From contig CAVWVQ010000005.1 of the NCBI GenBank assembly GCA_963758525.1, forward strand, positions 224,001-288,000: DNA of 64,000 bases, read 5' to 3'. The stretch is from an uncultured Phycisphaerales bacterium. GTDB lineage: Bacteria; Planctomycetota; Phycisphaerae; Tepidisphaerales; Tepidisphaeraceae. Below the pieces are notes generated by a model that did no database searches, was not told where the DNA came from, and was given only the letters and a program-made list of their open reading frames with translations. Of the stretch, positions 45,768-56,403 are shown piece by piece (the stretch's first letter is position 1; each line of letters starts with the position of its first letter). A program made the position numbers and the translations under genes.

Positions 45768-47378
45768 ATGAAGCCGAGATTTCTCATCCCTTTCCTGTTG
45801 ATGATGTGCTCGTCCGCACGCGCGGCCGAACTCACACTCCCTTCTGTTTTCTCCGATCACATGGTTTTGCAACGGAGTATCGCGGCGCCCATCTGGGGCA
45901 CGGCCGAGCCGGGTGAACGGGTCGTTGTGAAATTCGACGGACAGGAAAAGACAGCGACCGCGGATGGAATTGGAGACTGGGAGGTCAAGCTTGATCCGTT
46001 GCATGCTGGCGGGCCGGAAACGCTGACCGTCGCAACCACGAAAACGATCACGATCAGCGATGTCCTGGTCGGGGAGGTCTGGCTTGGTTCCGGGCAGTCC
46101 AACATGGCCTATGCGGCCAGTCATTTTTTTTCCAAATCGAATCTTGGCCAATATCGAGGCGATCTCAACCTGCTGAATGCCATCAATGCGGGTCCGTATT
46201 CTCAGATTCGAATGATTAACACGGGTGATAAAGGCTGGATAACAGCCACTCCGGGAAACCTGATCAACTTCTCCGCGCTTCTTCAGTCCTTCGGTCTTTC
46301 TTTGAACAAAAAACTGAATGTTCCCGTCGGTTTGATCATGGCCGCCCGGCCAGGTATGCCGTCTGGACGTTTCGTCACCCAGGCGGCGATTCGCCAGGAC
46401 CCTGCCTGCCAAGAGGAGATCGCCAAAGCGTCTGAGCCGGCAGCTTTGGCGGAGGCAGATCAGAAATACGCGTCTGACCTTCAAAAGTATAACGTAGCGA
46501 TGGCGGCCTGGAATGAATTGCCCGAAGAGCAAAAAAAGATTCACAAGGCTCCGTATAAGCCGTTTCCGCCGGTACGTCCCGGTGATTTGAAGGGAGCCCG
46601 AGTGGGTGAACTTCACGACCAGTTGATCAAGCCATTTTTGGGCTACGCCATTCGCGGTGTTTTGTGGGATCAGGGTGAGAGTGGGACCGATCTCCCCGGG
46701 GTTGATCAGGTTACTTTAATGCGAGTGCTGATCCAGAGTTGGCGACAGGAGTGGAAATTGGCGGATGTGTCAGGAACAAGCGTCGATTTTCCGTTCATTT
46801 ACATCCAAAAACCGAGTGGAGGAGGCTGCGCCTTCGATTACCACGACACGGTTTTTGCCCCCTTTGCAGATAAGTTTTCCCCTCTTCCCCCGGAAGTGCC
46901 CGACGACGGAGCGAGCATTGAGATGTTTCAACGGATCGCCTCTGTTCCCCATACCTTCATGGTACAGAGCAGTGATCTTGGCTCCGGATTGCACCCTTTC
47001 AACAAATCTGGTTATGGTGCGCGCGCAGCTTTTGTCGCGCTGGGCACTGTTTACGGCGAGGACGTCGAAACGTCTGGACCTGTCTATGCGAGCCATAAGA
47101 TGGAGGGTGGCAAAGTCAGGGTGAGCTTCACGCATGTGGGGCAGGGTCTTGTCTTTCGCAACGGCAATAAGCTCCAGGGCTTCGCACTGGCGGGCGCGGA
47201 CAAAAAATTCGTCTGGGCCGACGCGGTAGTCGAGGGCAACACTGTATTGGTGTCGTCGCCGCAGATTCCGCTGCCAGCCTTTGTGCGTTATGCATGGTCG
47301 ATCAACCGGGCATGGGCAAATTTGTTCAACAAGGACGGACTGCCTGCGCTGTCCTTTCGCACGGATGAGGACAACTAG
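45768..47378 (+). CDS. Sialate O-acetylesterase-like protein
   Basis: FSDHMVLQR, GEVWLGSGQSNM, WDQGES, LHPFNK, VRYAW, NLFNKDGLPA. Confidence 0.88.
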   Translation: MKPRFLIPFLLMMCSSARAAELTLPSVFSDHMVLQRSIAAPIWGTAEPGERVVVKFDGQEKTATADGIGDWEVKLDPLHAGGPETLTVATTKTITISDVLVGEVWLGSGQSNMAYAASHFFSKSNLGQYRGDLNLLNAINAGPYSQIRMINTGDKGWITATPGNLINFSALLQSFGLSLNKKLNVPVGLIMAARPGMPSGRFVTQAAIRQDPACQEEIAKASEPAALAEADQKYASDLQKYNVAMAAWNELPEEQKKIHKAPYKPFPPVRPGDLKGARVGELHDQLIKPFLGYAIRGVLWDQGESGTDLPGVDQVTLMRVLIQSWRQEWKLADVSGTSVDFPFIYIQKPSGGGCAFDYHDTVFAPFADKFSPLPPEVPDDGASIEMFQRIASVPHTFMVQSSDLGSGLHPFNKSGYGARAAFVALGTVYGEDVETSGPVYASHKMEGGKVRVSFTHVGQGLVFRNGNKLQGFALAGADKKFVWADAVVEGNTVLVSSPQIPLPAFVRYAWSINRAWANLFNKDGLPALSFRTDEDN

Positions 47379-48608
47379 TGGCCCTGCTACGAAGTCCTGC
47401 AAGAAATTAGCAGTGCTAAGATAGTAAATGGATTCTTTTTGTTATTCACGGAGGATTTTCCATGCGCGGTCGAAGGCCTTGTCCGCTGATTCTTTCCGCA
47501 GACGATGTTCGGGCACTCGAGTGCGTTTCCCGAAGTCGGAGCCGGCCTTTCTTCCAAGTGCAGCATGCCCGCGCGGTCCTGGCAGTCGCGGGCGGCCAAT
47601 GCATTGCGACCATCGCATCCGACCTCCATTGCGACCCTTCAACCATCTGGCGACTCTGCCGGCGGTATGAGCGCAGCGGCATTGATCAACTGTTGGCGGA
47701 CCAGCCTCGCTCGGGCCGGCCCCAGCAGCTTTCCCCCCCTCCAAAGGGCGCGGATTGTCGAGTTGGCCTGCCTGGAGCCGATTGCCGAGGGGTTGCACAT
47801 GACTCATTGGACCAGCGCCGACCTGGCTCATCAGGCCGTCGTCGACGGAATCGTCGACACCATCAGCCCCAGTATGGTCCGGCGAATCCTGCAGGACGTG
47901 AACTTGCAACCGCATCGCACCCGGTACTGGCGAACCGCCCGACTCGATCCATTGTTTAAGCAGCGTGCGGAAAAAGTGCTCTGGTGCTATGCCCAAGCGG
48001 CCCATTTGGCCCACCTGGGCGTCTGGACCGTCGCGGTTGACGAAGTCCCCAACCACCAGGTCCTGGAACGAAAGCCGATCCGGCCAGCCATTCCCGGCTC
48101 GATTGAGCAGCAGGAGTTTGAGTACACCCGGCATGGGACCGTCAATCTGCTCCTGTTCCTGATCCTCCATAGCGGACGGATGGAGTCCGCCGTGGTGGCA
48201 AAGAAGGATGCCGAACATTACATCGAACAACTGCGAAGGTTCCGCAGCCGCCATCGCGGTCTTCACGGAGTGTTCTTGATTCAGGACGGAGATCCCAGTC
48301 ATACCTCGGGCGAGACCGCCGCGTATTGGGCCCAGTGTCATCACTGGTGGCGGCCCCGCTTTACCCCCGCTCACGCCTCATGGCTCAACCAAGCGGAGTT
48401 GCTGGTCGACAACTTCGGCTTGCACTACCTTCGCCGCGGCTCCTGGGAAGATCGCCAGCATTTCATCGACCATGTAACTGCCGCGTCCGACGAGTACAAT
48501 CGGCGGTATGCTCATCCGTTCCAGTGGACCTGGACCAACGAGCGGATGAGACGATGGTACGCCGAACACGTGGCCTCAATTTCTTGCACGACTTCGTAGC
48601 GGGGCCAC
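47378..48608 (+). mobile_element. IS630-family insertion sequence, copy 2 (transposase 47462-48599, +1 C at ~47735)
   Basis: Essentially identical to copy 1, opposite orientation; same TIRs; CTAG junctions. Confidence 0.93.
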
Positions 48609-49073
48609 TAGGTCTCGCCTTTCCTGCAAACATCACTTTAAATGTCCTCTCAAATAAAGTCATGCGTCTCCCTCGATGCAGGAAACGAGGACTGCTGCCG
48701 ACAACGCCGGGATTATGCGAGAGGGCGACACGCGCCAATGAGCACTCTGGATCCGCCAACTCTCTTTGCTCCGGAGCCGTCGAGGCAGCAGACCGAAGCC
48801 GCCATCCCCGACGATTGGGCGCAGGTGATGGCGTTCGCACTCGCTTGGGTCCAGGATCAGCATGTTTCAGCAGCCGATTCACGCGTGCGATGGAACGTGA
48901 GTTCGGTTCCATGATCCGGATGGACCTGCTCGACGTCGTTGAGCACCTGAAAAGTCAAAAAGTGGGAAGTACGATCGAGAACTACCTGGCGTTCACTCTT
49001 AGTGGTAGCGAGAAGCGCCCGCCCTCGGAGCGAACGTACTCAGCTTGGCCATTGGATTCAGACGAAGTTTCGC

Positions 49074-49331
49074 TCATACGGTTTCTCCCGTTTCTATTCG
49101 GTGGGATACGGTGGGTGTGTCGCCAGTCGCGGCCTTGACCATCGCGATGATGCCGGATCTCAAAGCGGTGGGGAGTGCCGGCCAAGCGTCAATTACCGTC
49201 TGCAAGTTTGTATCGGCCGCGACTGGCAGGGATAGTGCTACTGACGCATTCGCTGCGCCGGGTTTCGAAACATGCTGATTTCTCTCGGAAAGCTGCGGTA
49301 TTGCATCGGGTTCGACCCCCTTCGCCCGCTT
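49074..49331 (-). other. Start-less ORF from attR resembling an integrase C-terminal tail
   Basis: 85 codons KRAKGVEP...DTNLQTVIDAWPALPTALRSGIIAMVKAA...; begins inside the att repeat, directly after a TAA. Confidence 0.6.
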
Positions 49332-49341
49332 TTATTGCCAA

Positions 49342-50850
49342 TCATTCCTGTTGTGCCGATTCACATTTGAGTACATAGGCTAACGATTCTTTAGCGGCCT
49401 GCGGGAAATGAATTTCCGTCGCGCCGTTGGAGGACTTCCACTCGAGGGGCTCCTCGTATCCCAGCAGCGTCACTTTTGAACCGGCCGTGGGAGAGAATCC
49501 CGTCAGCGTTGCGGTGGCTGCGGGACGCTTGGTAACAATTGCGTAGACGTGCGTGTGATCATCGCTTGCGGTGTAGCGAACGTCGTCTCCTTCCGCCCAT
49601 AGCGAGCCATTCCGCGCACGGGTGTTGAAGATCGCTTCACCATTGGTCTTCAGCCACGCTCCCACTTCTTTCAACTGGGCGATCGCCGTCGGATGAAAGG
49701 CGCCGGTTGCGTCGGGGCCGATCCCGATTTCGAAATTGCCGCCCTTGGCGACCGTGTCGGCGAGGTGGCTCACCACCCAGGACGCCCCCTTGTAGTCCGC
49801 GGCCGTGGCGTCATAGGAAAAGTTCTTGCCGAGGGGGTAGATCACCATCCAGGGCATCGGGCTGTCGACCTTGCCGCGCGGAATGGTCCGCTCGGGCGTG
49901 TAGAAGTCGCCGTAGTTGCCAATGCCGCGGTTTCGAAACATCACATCGGGTTGAATTGTCCTCAGTTCCTTGATGGTTTGCTTGTACTCCGGCCAGTCTG
50001 CGGCCCCCAGTTGAATGTCGAGACAGACCATGTCGACTTTGCCGTAGTTGCTCAGGATCTCCTTCAGCTGCGCTCGGTGGCGATCGATCATTTCGCGTCG
50101 GTCGGCGGCCGTGGGTTCGGTGAAGATGGTGGCGGGACGCTTCTGGTCTTGCTCCACGGCCTTACGTTCGGTTGAAGTCGGCGTCTGCATGGGACTCCTG
50201 CCGTAGGGCCGGAAGTCCGCGTCGTACCAGTCGGTGTTGGAGAAATAGAGGTCGATTTTGATGTCGTGTTTGTGAGCCGAATCGCAGAGTTCACGGATGA
50301 TATCCCGCTTCGAGGGGGTCTCCATGACACTAAACGCCACATCGCAGTCCTCGATTGCGGGGCCGCCGGGTGCTGTCCAGTTGACGCGGTGATGCACGCG
50401 CGTTTTGGTGTCGAACAGAGAGAATCCTTCATGGTGCTTGGTGGTGATGGTGAAGCACTTGAAGCCGGAGTCTTCAAAGAAGTGCATCCATTGTTCTGGA
50501 TCGAAGTTGCTGGCCGTCCATTTGTTGGAGTTGTCGAGATACTGTTGCCGCTGTTCGTTCGAGAGCGGGAGAAAGGACCAGGATTCTCGCGAGTCGGGCA
50601 GGAAGGAATAGAGGCCCCAGTGGATCCGCACGCCGTATTTCATTTTTCGAAAGGCGTCGTACGCGGCCGCGGACGCGTGGTGATAGTCTGGGTCGGGATT
50701 CACTTCAACATACGGGTTGCCTTTGGCAACGCTGGGGGGAAATCGAAGCGTGCTCTCCCGATCGGCTACCGCATCCGCTGCCAGTGTCATCCCTGCGGCG
50801 CTGGCGACGGCGCCTACGGCCAGGATCGCCATCAGCATGCGTTTACTCAT
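49342..50850 (-). CDS. Alpha-L-fucosidase (GH29), secreted
   Basis: YGVRIHWGLYS, TTKHHEGF, TPER, KGGNFEIGIGP, NGEAIFNTR. Confidence 0.9.
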   Translation of the reverse strand: MSKRMLMAILAVGAVASAAGMTLAADAVADRESTLRFPPSVAKGNPYVEVNPDPDYHHASAAAYDAFRKMKYGVRIHWGLYSFLPDSRESWSFLPLSNEQRQQYLDNSNKWTASNFDPEQWMHFFEDSGFKCFTITTKHHEGFSLFDTKTRVHHRVNWTAPGGPAIEDCDVAFSVMETPSKRDIIRELCDSAHKHDIKIDLYFSNTDWYDADFRPYGRSPMQTPTSTERKAVEQDQKRPATIFTEPTAADRREMIDRHRAQLKEILSNYGKVDMVCLDIQLGAADWPEYKQTIKELRTIQPDVMFRNRGIGNYGDFYTPERTIPRGKVDSPMPWMVIYPLGKNFSYDATAADYKGASWVVSHLADTVAKGGNFEIGIGPDATGAFHPTAIAQLKEVGAWLKTNGEAIFNTRARNGSLWAEGDDVRYTASDDHTHVYAIVTKRPAATATLTGFSPTAGSKVTLLGYEEPLEWKSSNGATEIHFPQAAKESLAYVLKCESAQQE

Positions 50851-50900
50851 CCGATTTCCTCCAAGTAATCGGATTGAATCTAACCGCGATGGGCTAACAT

Positions 50901-51809
50901 CTACACAGTGGCATCTTTCATTTCCGGCGCCACAGAATTCGCGGAGGCTCCTGTGCCCCTCGCAAAGCCAGCCAGTTCGGTCATGTTCTGCATGACATGC
51001 AAGCTCTTTGAGGGACGGAGGGCCAATGATGTGACTGCACTTCCGCCGAGGACAAAGAGCGTTCCCGACGCCGCAAGTTGTTCGGCCAGCGCGTTCACCT
51101 TATCGCGCGCTTTGGTCCCCTCAACGGTCGCCTTTACCGCCAACCACGCGATGCGGGCTTTATGTTCGCGAGCGGCGACAGCCAGCACTTCCAGCGGGGT
51201 ATCCGGCCCAAAATTCATCTCCCGGAATCCCGCCTCCGCAAGGACGGTGCCCGCCATCATGGATGGCAGAATGTAAGGGTCTCCCTGCGGCGCTGCACCC
51301 AGGGCAATTGGCGCCTCTTCGGCCGGCTGTCCCAACATTTGCCGAAGCATTCCCAACGCTTGCAGGCACATCGTTGTGGCCCGATGTTCGACGAGAACGG
51401 CACGCGGGTCATTCGGCCACAGTTCCCCAATCCGCGTCATGGCGCCCCGAATGGGACCATCACAAATCGCTGCCACGCTCAGGCCGTTCAAGAAGAGACT
51501 GGCGACGCAACCGTTTGCCGAAAGAGCATTCCCGGAGCAAAGGGCCTCGAAGAGATTCTCTTCCAGAGCCTGTGAACCGAGCATCTTCCCTGCAGCGGCA
51601 GGGAGTTTGGGCATCCCCAGCAGTTCCGGTCGAACGATTGCTGACCCCGATTCCCGCACGAACCGAATCGCCTCCGGCAGTGCAATCCGTCGATGCCCGC
51701 CGGCGGTTTTGGCAGTGCGAATGGCGCCGGTGTTGGTCCATCGACGCACGGAGCTTTCGCTGGCACCGATCGCCTCGGCAAATTCAGTCGTTGTAAGCAG
51801 TTTTTCCAT
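50901..51809 (-). CDS. MerR/excisionase-HTH + cobalamin-binding-like regulator (CarH/LitR-like)
   Basis: SESSVRRW, TAGGHRRI HTH; IGELW-x9-EH; Rossmann-like C-terminus GFREMNFGPDTP. Confidence 0.8.
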   Translation of the reverse strand: MEKLLTTTEFAEAIGASESSVRRWTNTGAIRTAKTAGGHRRIALPEAIRFVRESGSAIVRPELLGMPKLPAAAGKMLGSQALEENLFEALCSGNALSANGCVASLFLNGLSVAAICDGPIRGAMTRIGELWPNDPRAVLVEHRATTMCLQALGMLRQMLGQPAEEAPIALGAAPQGDPYILPSMMAGTVLAEAGFREMNFGPDTPLEVLAVAAREHKARIAWLAVKATVEGTKARDKVNALAEQLAASGTLFVLGGSAVTSLALRPSKSLHVMQNMTELAGFARGTGASANSVAPEMKDATV

Positions 51810-51822
51810 TATCGTGATTGAA

Positions 51823-51977
51823 TTGAATGAATTATACGGTGGGCCAGGTAGATGTCTAACGCGCGTCAGGTAAATTAAAACACTCCGCTAGATCAGTCAT
51901 AATTTTAACGCCAGCTAATTTGACTGTGTCGGACGCTAGGCATAAGCTTCGACCGAATTGGATGATTTGGATGAATT
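51823..51977. promoter_or_regulatory. Divergent promoters with TTGRATGAWTT candidate operator repeats
   Basis: Minus-strand TATAAT 51831-36; plus-strand TTGACT(51920)-17 nt-TAAGCT(51943); motif at 51823-33 and tandem at 51958-77. Confidence 0.6.
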
Positions 51978-51997
51978 AGCTGTTTTTGGGAGATATC

Positions 51998-52648
51998 ATG
52001 TTCTCTGAGGCCGTCTCAACATCTCTGATCCTGCAAACCTCACCTCGATTGAGGCATGGGTCAAGGGAACCATCAGACCAAATAGATCTCAGGCGAATTG
52101 AGAATGCGGTGAGGGAGATCCTCATTGCAATCGGCGAAGACCCCGACCGAGACGGGCTGATCGATACGCCCAAGCGGGTGGCCAAGTCGTATCGGGAGCT
52201 GTTCCGCGGGTTGACGGAGAATCCGTCGACGCACCTCAGTCGCACCTTCAGTCATGAGCACGATGGGATCGTGATTCTCCGCGACATCGAGTTTTCCAGC
52301 GTCTGTGAGCATCACCTGCTCCCCTTTTTCGGCAAGGCGCACATCGCCTACCAGCCGAGCAACGGTCGGGTGGTTGGTTTGTCAAAACTGGCCAGGACCG
52401 TTGATGTCTTTGCCCGAAGGCCCCAAGTGCAGGAACGGATGACCGACCAGATCGCGGATGCGCTGGTCGAACATCTCAACCCTAGAGGTGTTGCCGTCGT
52501 GATTGAAGCCCAACACATGTGCATGAAGCTGCGGGGTGTGAAAAAAACCTGCAGCACGATGCAGACCTTTGGTCTGCGAGGCTTGTTCAGGTCGGACCAG
52601 GCAAAGGGAATGCATATCACTTCACTTCTATGCCGGCACCATGCATGA
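51998..52648 (+). CDS. folE: GTP cyclohydrolase I
   Basis: [43 protein letters not shown]. Confidence 0.95.
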   Translation: MFSEAVSTSLILQTSPRLRHGSREPSDQIDLRRIENAVREILIAIGEDPDRDGLIDTPKRVAKSYRELFRGLTENPSTHLSRTFSHEHDGIVILRDIEFSSVCEHHLLPFFGKAHIAYQPSNGRVVGLSKLARTVDVFARRPQVQERMTDQIADALVEHLNPRGVAVVIEAQHMCMKLRGVKKTCSTMQTFGLRGLFRSDQAKGMHITSLLCRHHA

Positions 52649-52777
52649 CAGTTTTGATCAGTGGCGATTTGACCCGATTCCAACAAGAACCGAACGTCTT
52701 CGCAAATATGCCGTGTGGCATGCGAGCGAATGAGGATTATCTAATTACCTCGGTCGGAAGACCGAAAGGAACTCACC

Positions 52778-53317
52778 GTGATCTTGAACAACCGTTTGTT
52801 TGTCGCTGCCCTGCTGGGGCTTGGAGTAACTTCCGGCGTCGGCATCGTTGGCTCGCAGTTTGGAGCCGTCGGGGCCTCCGCTGTAGCGGCGGATGCGCCC
52901 GCCGCTGCGCCGAAGGACATCGTCGACACCGCCGTTGCGGCGGGAAATTTCAACACGCTGGCGGCTGCGCTCAAAGCAGCCGGCTTGGTCGAAACCCTCA
53001 AGGGCGCGGGGCCCTTCACCGTCTTCGCGCCGACTGACGAGGCATTCGGCAAGCTCCCGGCTGGGACTGTTGCCGACCTTCTTAAGCCCGAAAACAAGGA
53101 GAAGCTCGTCGCGATCCTGACCTACCACGTGGTCGCTGGGAAGGAGATGGCGAAAGATGTTGCCGGTCTGTCCTCGGTCAAGACCATCAACGGCAAGGAT
53201 CTTTCCTTGAAGGTCGTTGATGGAAAGGTCATCGTCGGGGGCGCCACCGTCACAACAGCTGACATCGAAGCGTCCAACGGCGTCATCCACGTAATTGATA
53301 CCGTCCTGCTGCCTTAA
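52778..53317 (+). CDS. Fasciclin (FAS1) domain secreted protein
   Basis: [34 protein letters not shown]. Confidence 0.93.
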   Translation: MILNNRLFVAALLGLGVTSGVGIVGSQFGAVGASAVAADAPAAAPKDIVDTAVAAGNFNTLAAALKAAGLVETLKGAGPFTVFAPTDEAFGKLPAGTVADLLKPENKEKLVAILTYHVVAGKEMAKDVAGLSSVKTINGKDLSLKVVDGKVIVGGATVTTADIEASNGVIHVIDTVLLP

Positions 53318-53344
53318 GACAAGACTCGACCTTTCCCCTCTACC

Positions 53345-53377
53345 AAGGCCGGATGTCGGAATACGACATCCGGCCTT
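53345..53377 (+). terminator. Strong hairpin after the fasciclin gene
   Basis: AAGGCCGGATGTCG-GAATA-CGACATCCGGCCTT. Confidence 0.65.
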
Positions 53378-53393
53378 CTGAAACAGGTAAAAC

Positions 53394-53576
53394 ATGAACA
53401 AGTTGAAGGCCGCAAAACTTTTGATCGTTATTGCCGCAAGTCTGTCCTTTCTGTTTTCCGTCTATCTCTGGTTCCTGGTGGACAAGCAGAAGGGCGAGTT
53501 TGTCGGCCTGTGGGTGCCGTCGATTCTTTCTTTCGGAACTCTGATGCTCAGCGGGGGAGGATCGAGCAATGGGTGA
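53394..53576 (+). CDS. Small two-TM protein
   Basis: Hydrophobic helices, FVGLWVPSIL. Confidence 0.65.
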   Translation: MNKLKAAKLLIVIAASLSFLFSVYLWFLVDKQKGEFVGLWVPSILSFGTLMLSGGGSSNG

Positions 53577-53706
53577 TGCGTTCATCTTCATTTTCGGATG
53601 CTTTATTATGGCATTACTCCTCCTTGCCGTTCTCTTAGTCGGCAGGATGGAGAAGACAATGTTGGACGACAACCGAGAGCGAAAGAAACCGGTTCTCGAT
53701 AGGTAG
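53569..53706 (+). CDS. 45-aa single-TM microprotein (not in the ORF track)
   Basis: GGAGG RBS, overlaps upstream stop; MGDAFIFIFGCFIMALLLLAVLLVGRME... Confidence 0.55.
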   Translation: MGDAFIFIFGCFIMALLLLAVLLVGRMEKTMLDDNRERKKPVLDR

Positions 53707-53844
53707 CTTCAGTTTAAGCACGTGACTGAAACGAGTAAAAGTTTCAGAGGTCCTGATTCGGGCTCTCTGGAACGGTGAACGGCCGGCACAGAAATGTCGT
53801 CGCTGAGAACAACGAGGTCATGCTACGTTGAAGAACGTTTAGTA

Positions 53845-56363
53845 TCAGACGGCCGGCAAAGCGACGGGCGGATTCGGCACCACCGGCGTTTTTACAATCG
53901 ACGTGGCGTTGGTTGGATCGAAGATTCGATACGCGAGCAGCTTGATGCGGTCGTTGATCAGGAACCACACCAGGGCATAGCCCCATACAAACGCTGCCCA
54001 ACCCCAGCCGAGCGGCGTCATAAAGGCTCCGTATACCGCGATCAAGGTTGCAATGATTTGCGTTCCCACAACGGCGATCCAGAGAATCGTCGCGGGCCTG
54101 ATAGACCAGAACGGGCCGCGCGTGCGAGTCAGAAATATCGTCAGGTGGCCAGCCACGGACAGTTTCAAATACATCAAAGTTTGAATGTGTGGACGGTCGA
54201 GATGAAAGACGCGTTCACCGAGGTAAAAAAGCCCGAACGCGGACACGACGCCGATGACGCCCAGCACGGTCGAAACACCGAGCACCAGGCGCATGTTCCA
54301 TGCCTCAGGTTTGTCCTTGTAATGCACGTTGTCATACGCAATTGAAAGGATCGCTCCGTCATTGAGCGACGCCAGCATGACAATCATCACGGCGGTCAGC
54401 GGATAGAAGTTGAACACGAGGATTGCCAGCGTCATAAAGAACAGCACGCGCAGGGTTTCGGCGATGCGGTAAATGGCATAGCTGTTCATTCTCTGGAAGA
54501 TTCGACGGCTTTCCTTGATCGCGTCGATGATGACCGACAGACCGTCGGTAAGAAGGACGATGGATGCCGCGGCGCGGGCTGCGTCAGTTGCTCCGGAGAC
54601 GGCAATGCCGCAGTCCGCTTTTTTCAAAGCCGGTGCATCGTTCACGCCGTCGCCGGTCATTCCGACGATATGGCCGCGCTGCTGGAGAATGTCGACAATG
54701 TGGAACTTGTGCTCTGGAAATACCTGGGCGAAGCCGTCCGCCTTCTCGATGAGTTTCGTTTCCTCGGAAGTTTCCTGTTTTTGAGAATCACCAAGACCGC
54801 CGGCGTCAAGGATATTGGAACCGAGTCCCAGCTCTTTTGACATTTCCCGCGCGATGGCGAGAGAGTCGCCGGTCACCATCTTAATGCTCACCCCCATTTG
54901 CCGAGCGCTGGCGATGGTGGCTTTCGCCGACTCGCGCGGCGGGTCGGACAATGGCAGGATGCCCAGGAACCGCCACTTGCCTTTCTCATCTGCGCGGGCG
55001 ACGCCCAGTGATCGGAACCCACGAGCAGCGAAGTCGTTGACGGCTTTTTCAACGGCAGTCTTGATCTCGGCGGCGTTTGCCGACATTTGCAAAATCACCT
55101 GCGGGGCGCCCTTGGCCACGTCGAATTGCTTTCCGTCACTACCCTTTACTGTGGCTTGGGTGCGTTTGTGTACAGGGTCGAACGGTTGAAAATGGACGAC
55201 TTCAAAGCCTTTCAACGTCTTGTCGTCTTTCATTCCGCCCAAGACCGCCAGATCAATGGTGTCCTTATCCTCCGCGCGTGAAGCAAGAGCGCCGGCAAGG
55301 ATCACCTGGTCGGCGGGGATGTTATCGACGGTGAATGCCTCGCCCAGCGTGAGCTTGTTTTGAGTCAGCGTTCCCGTTTTATCCGAGCAAAGCACGTCCG
55401 CGCCGGCCAGTTCTTCAATCGCTACCAGGCGGCTGACAATCGCCTTCTTCTTGGCCAGCAGGCGAGCCCCGACGGCCATGGTGACGGACAACACCGTGGG
55501 CATCGCGACGGGAATGGCGGCCACGGTCAGCACCAGCGCGAACTGCAACGTGGTGAGAATTCGGTCCCCGCGATAGATCGCTACAGCGATAATGATCGCC
55601 ACCAAAGCTACGGCGAGGATGACCAGGTAATTGCCGATCTTCATGACCGCGCGCTGAAAGTGACTGACTGTCTGTACCCCTCCCACTAATTGAGCGGTCC
55701 TGCCGAAATACGTGTGCGTTCCGGTAGCGTAAACCAGGGCATCTATTTCACCGCGACGCATGATCGAGCCTGAAAACACTGCATCACCTGATTGATGCGT
55801 TGCCGGCAACGATTCTCCCGTCAGAGCGGACTGGTCGACGGCGATTTCGTCGCCCGCCAGCAAGCGTGCATCGGCGGGCACAATGTCGCCTAGTCGCAAT
55901 CGAATGACATCGCCCGGAACAAGCTCGCGCGCGGGGGCGTGATCCATTTCCCATCCCGCTTGACCTTTGCCGCAACGGCCAGTTCTTTTTTCAAGGCCGC
56001 GATCGCATTGCCCGCCTGCCGTTCTTCCCAGAATCCGACCACGCCGTTGGCGAGAAGCAAAAGGAGAATGATGAAAAAATCCGGCCAGTGGCGGACGATG
56101 CCCGACAAGGCCACGGCCGTTTCGATCATCCAAGGGATCGGACCCCAGAAATAAGACAGAAATTTCAGAAAGAGATTTGTCTTCTTTTCCGCGATTTCGT
56201 TGGGGCCGTATTGCGCCAGCCGCTTCTTGGCCTCAACGTCAGTGAGACCGTCCGGGGACGAACTCAACCGTTTTGCAACATCAGCAATTGGAAGGGTCTT
56301 TAGATCATCCTTGGCATCGGGATGCGGGTGAGCAGCCTTAGATTGAGTGGGGTCGGAAGACAT
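53845..56363 (-). CDS. P3A-type plasma-membrane H+-ATPase (frameshift ~55935)
   Basis: WGPIPWMIE, TGES, PVAMP, CSDKTGTLT, KGAPQ, TGDGVNDAPAL, LNDG. Confidence 0.92.
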
Positions 56364-56403
56364 ATGGTTCTACTTCTCGGCTCTTGTAAACGACGAGGCA
56401 GTG

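Larger units (their letters stand above)
26446..49333. mobile_element. Decayed genomic island integrated at tRNA-Gly 3' end
   Basis: 26-bp direct repeat GGGTTCGACCCCCTTCGCCCGCTTTT at 26446-26471 and 49308-49333; accessory cargo and fragments; no intact integrase. Confidence 0.85.

Noticed and set aside
47730..47740. Programmed frameshift in the IS630 copy 2 transposase
   Set aside because: Copy 1 is a single ORF with C6; the extra C is more simply a homopolymer error or mutation
48612..49073. ORFs between IS copy 2 and the att tail as intact genes
   Set aside because: Short, mutually overlapping and without recognisable domains; probably remnants
49308..49333. Second tRNA gene
   Set aside because: Only the T-arm and 3' acceptor strand are present; it is attR
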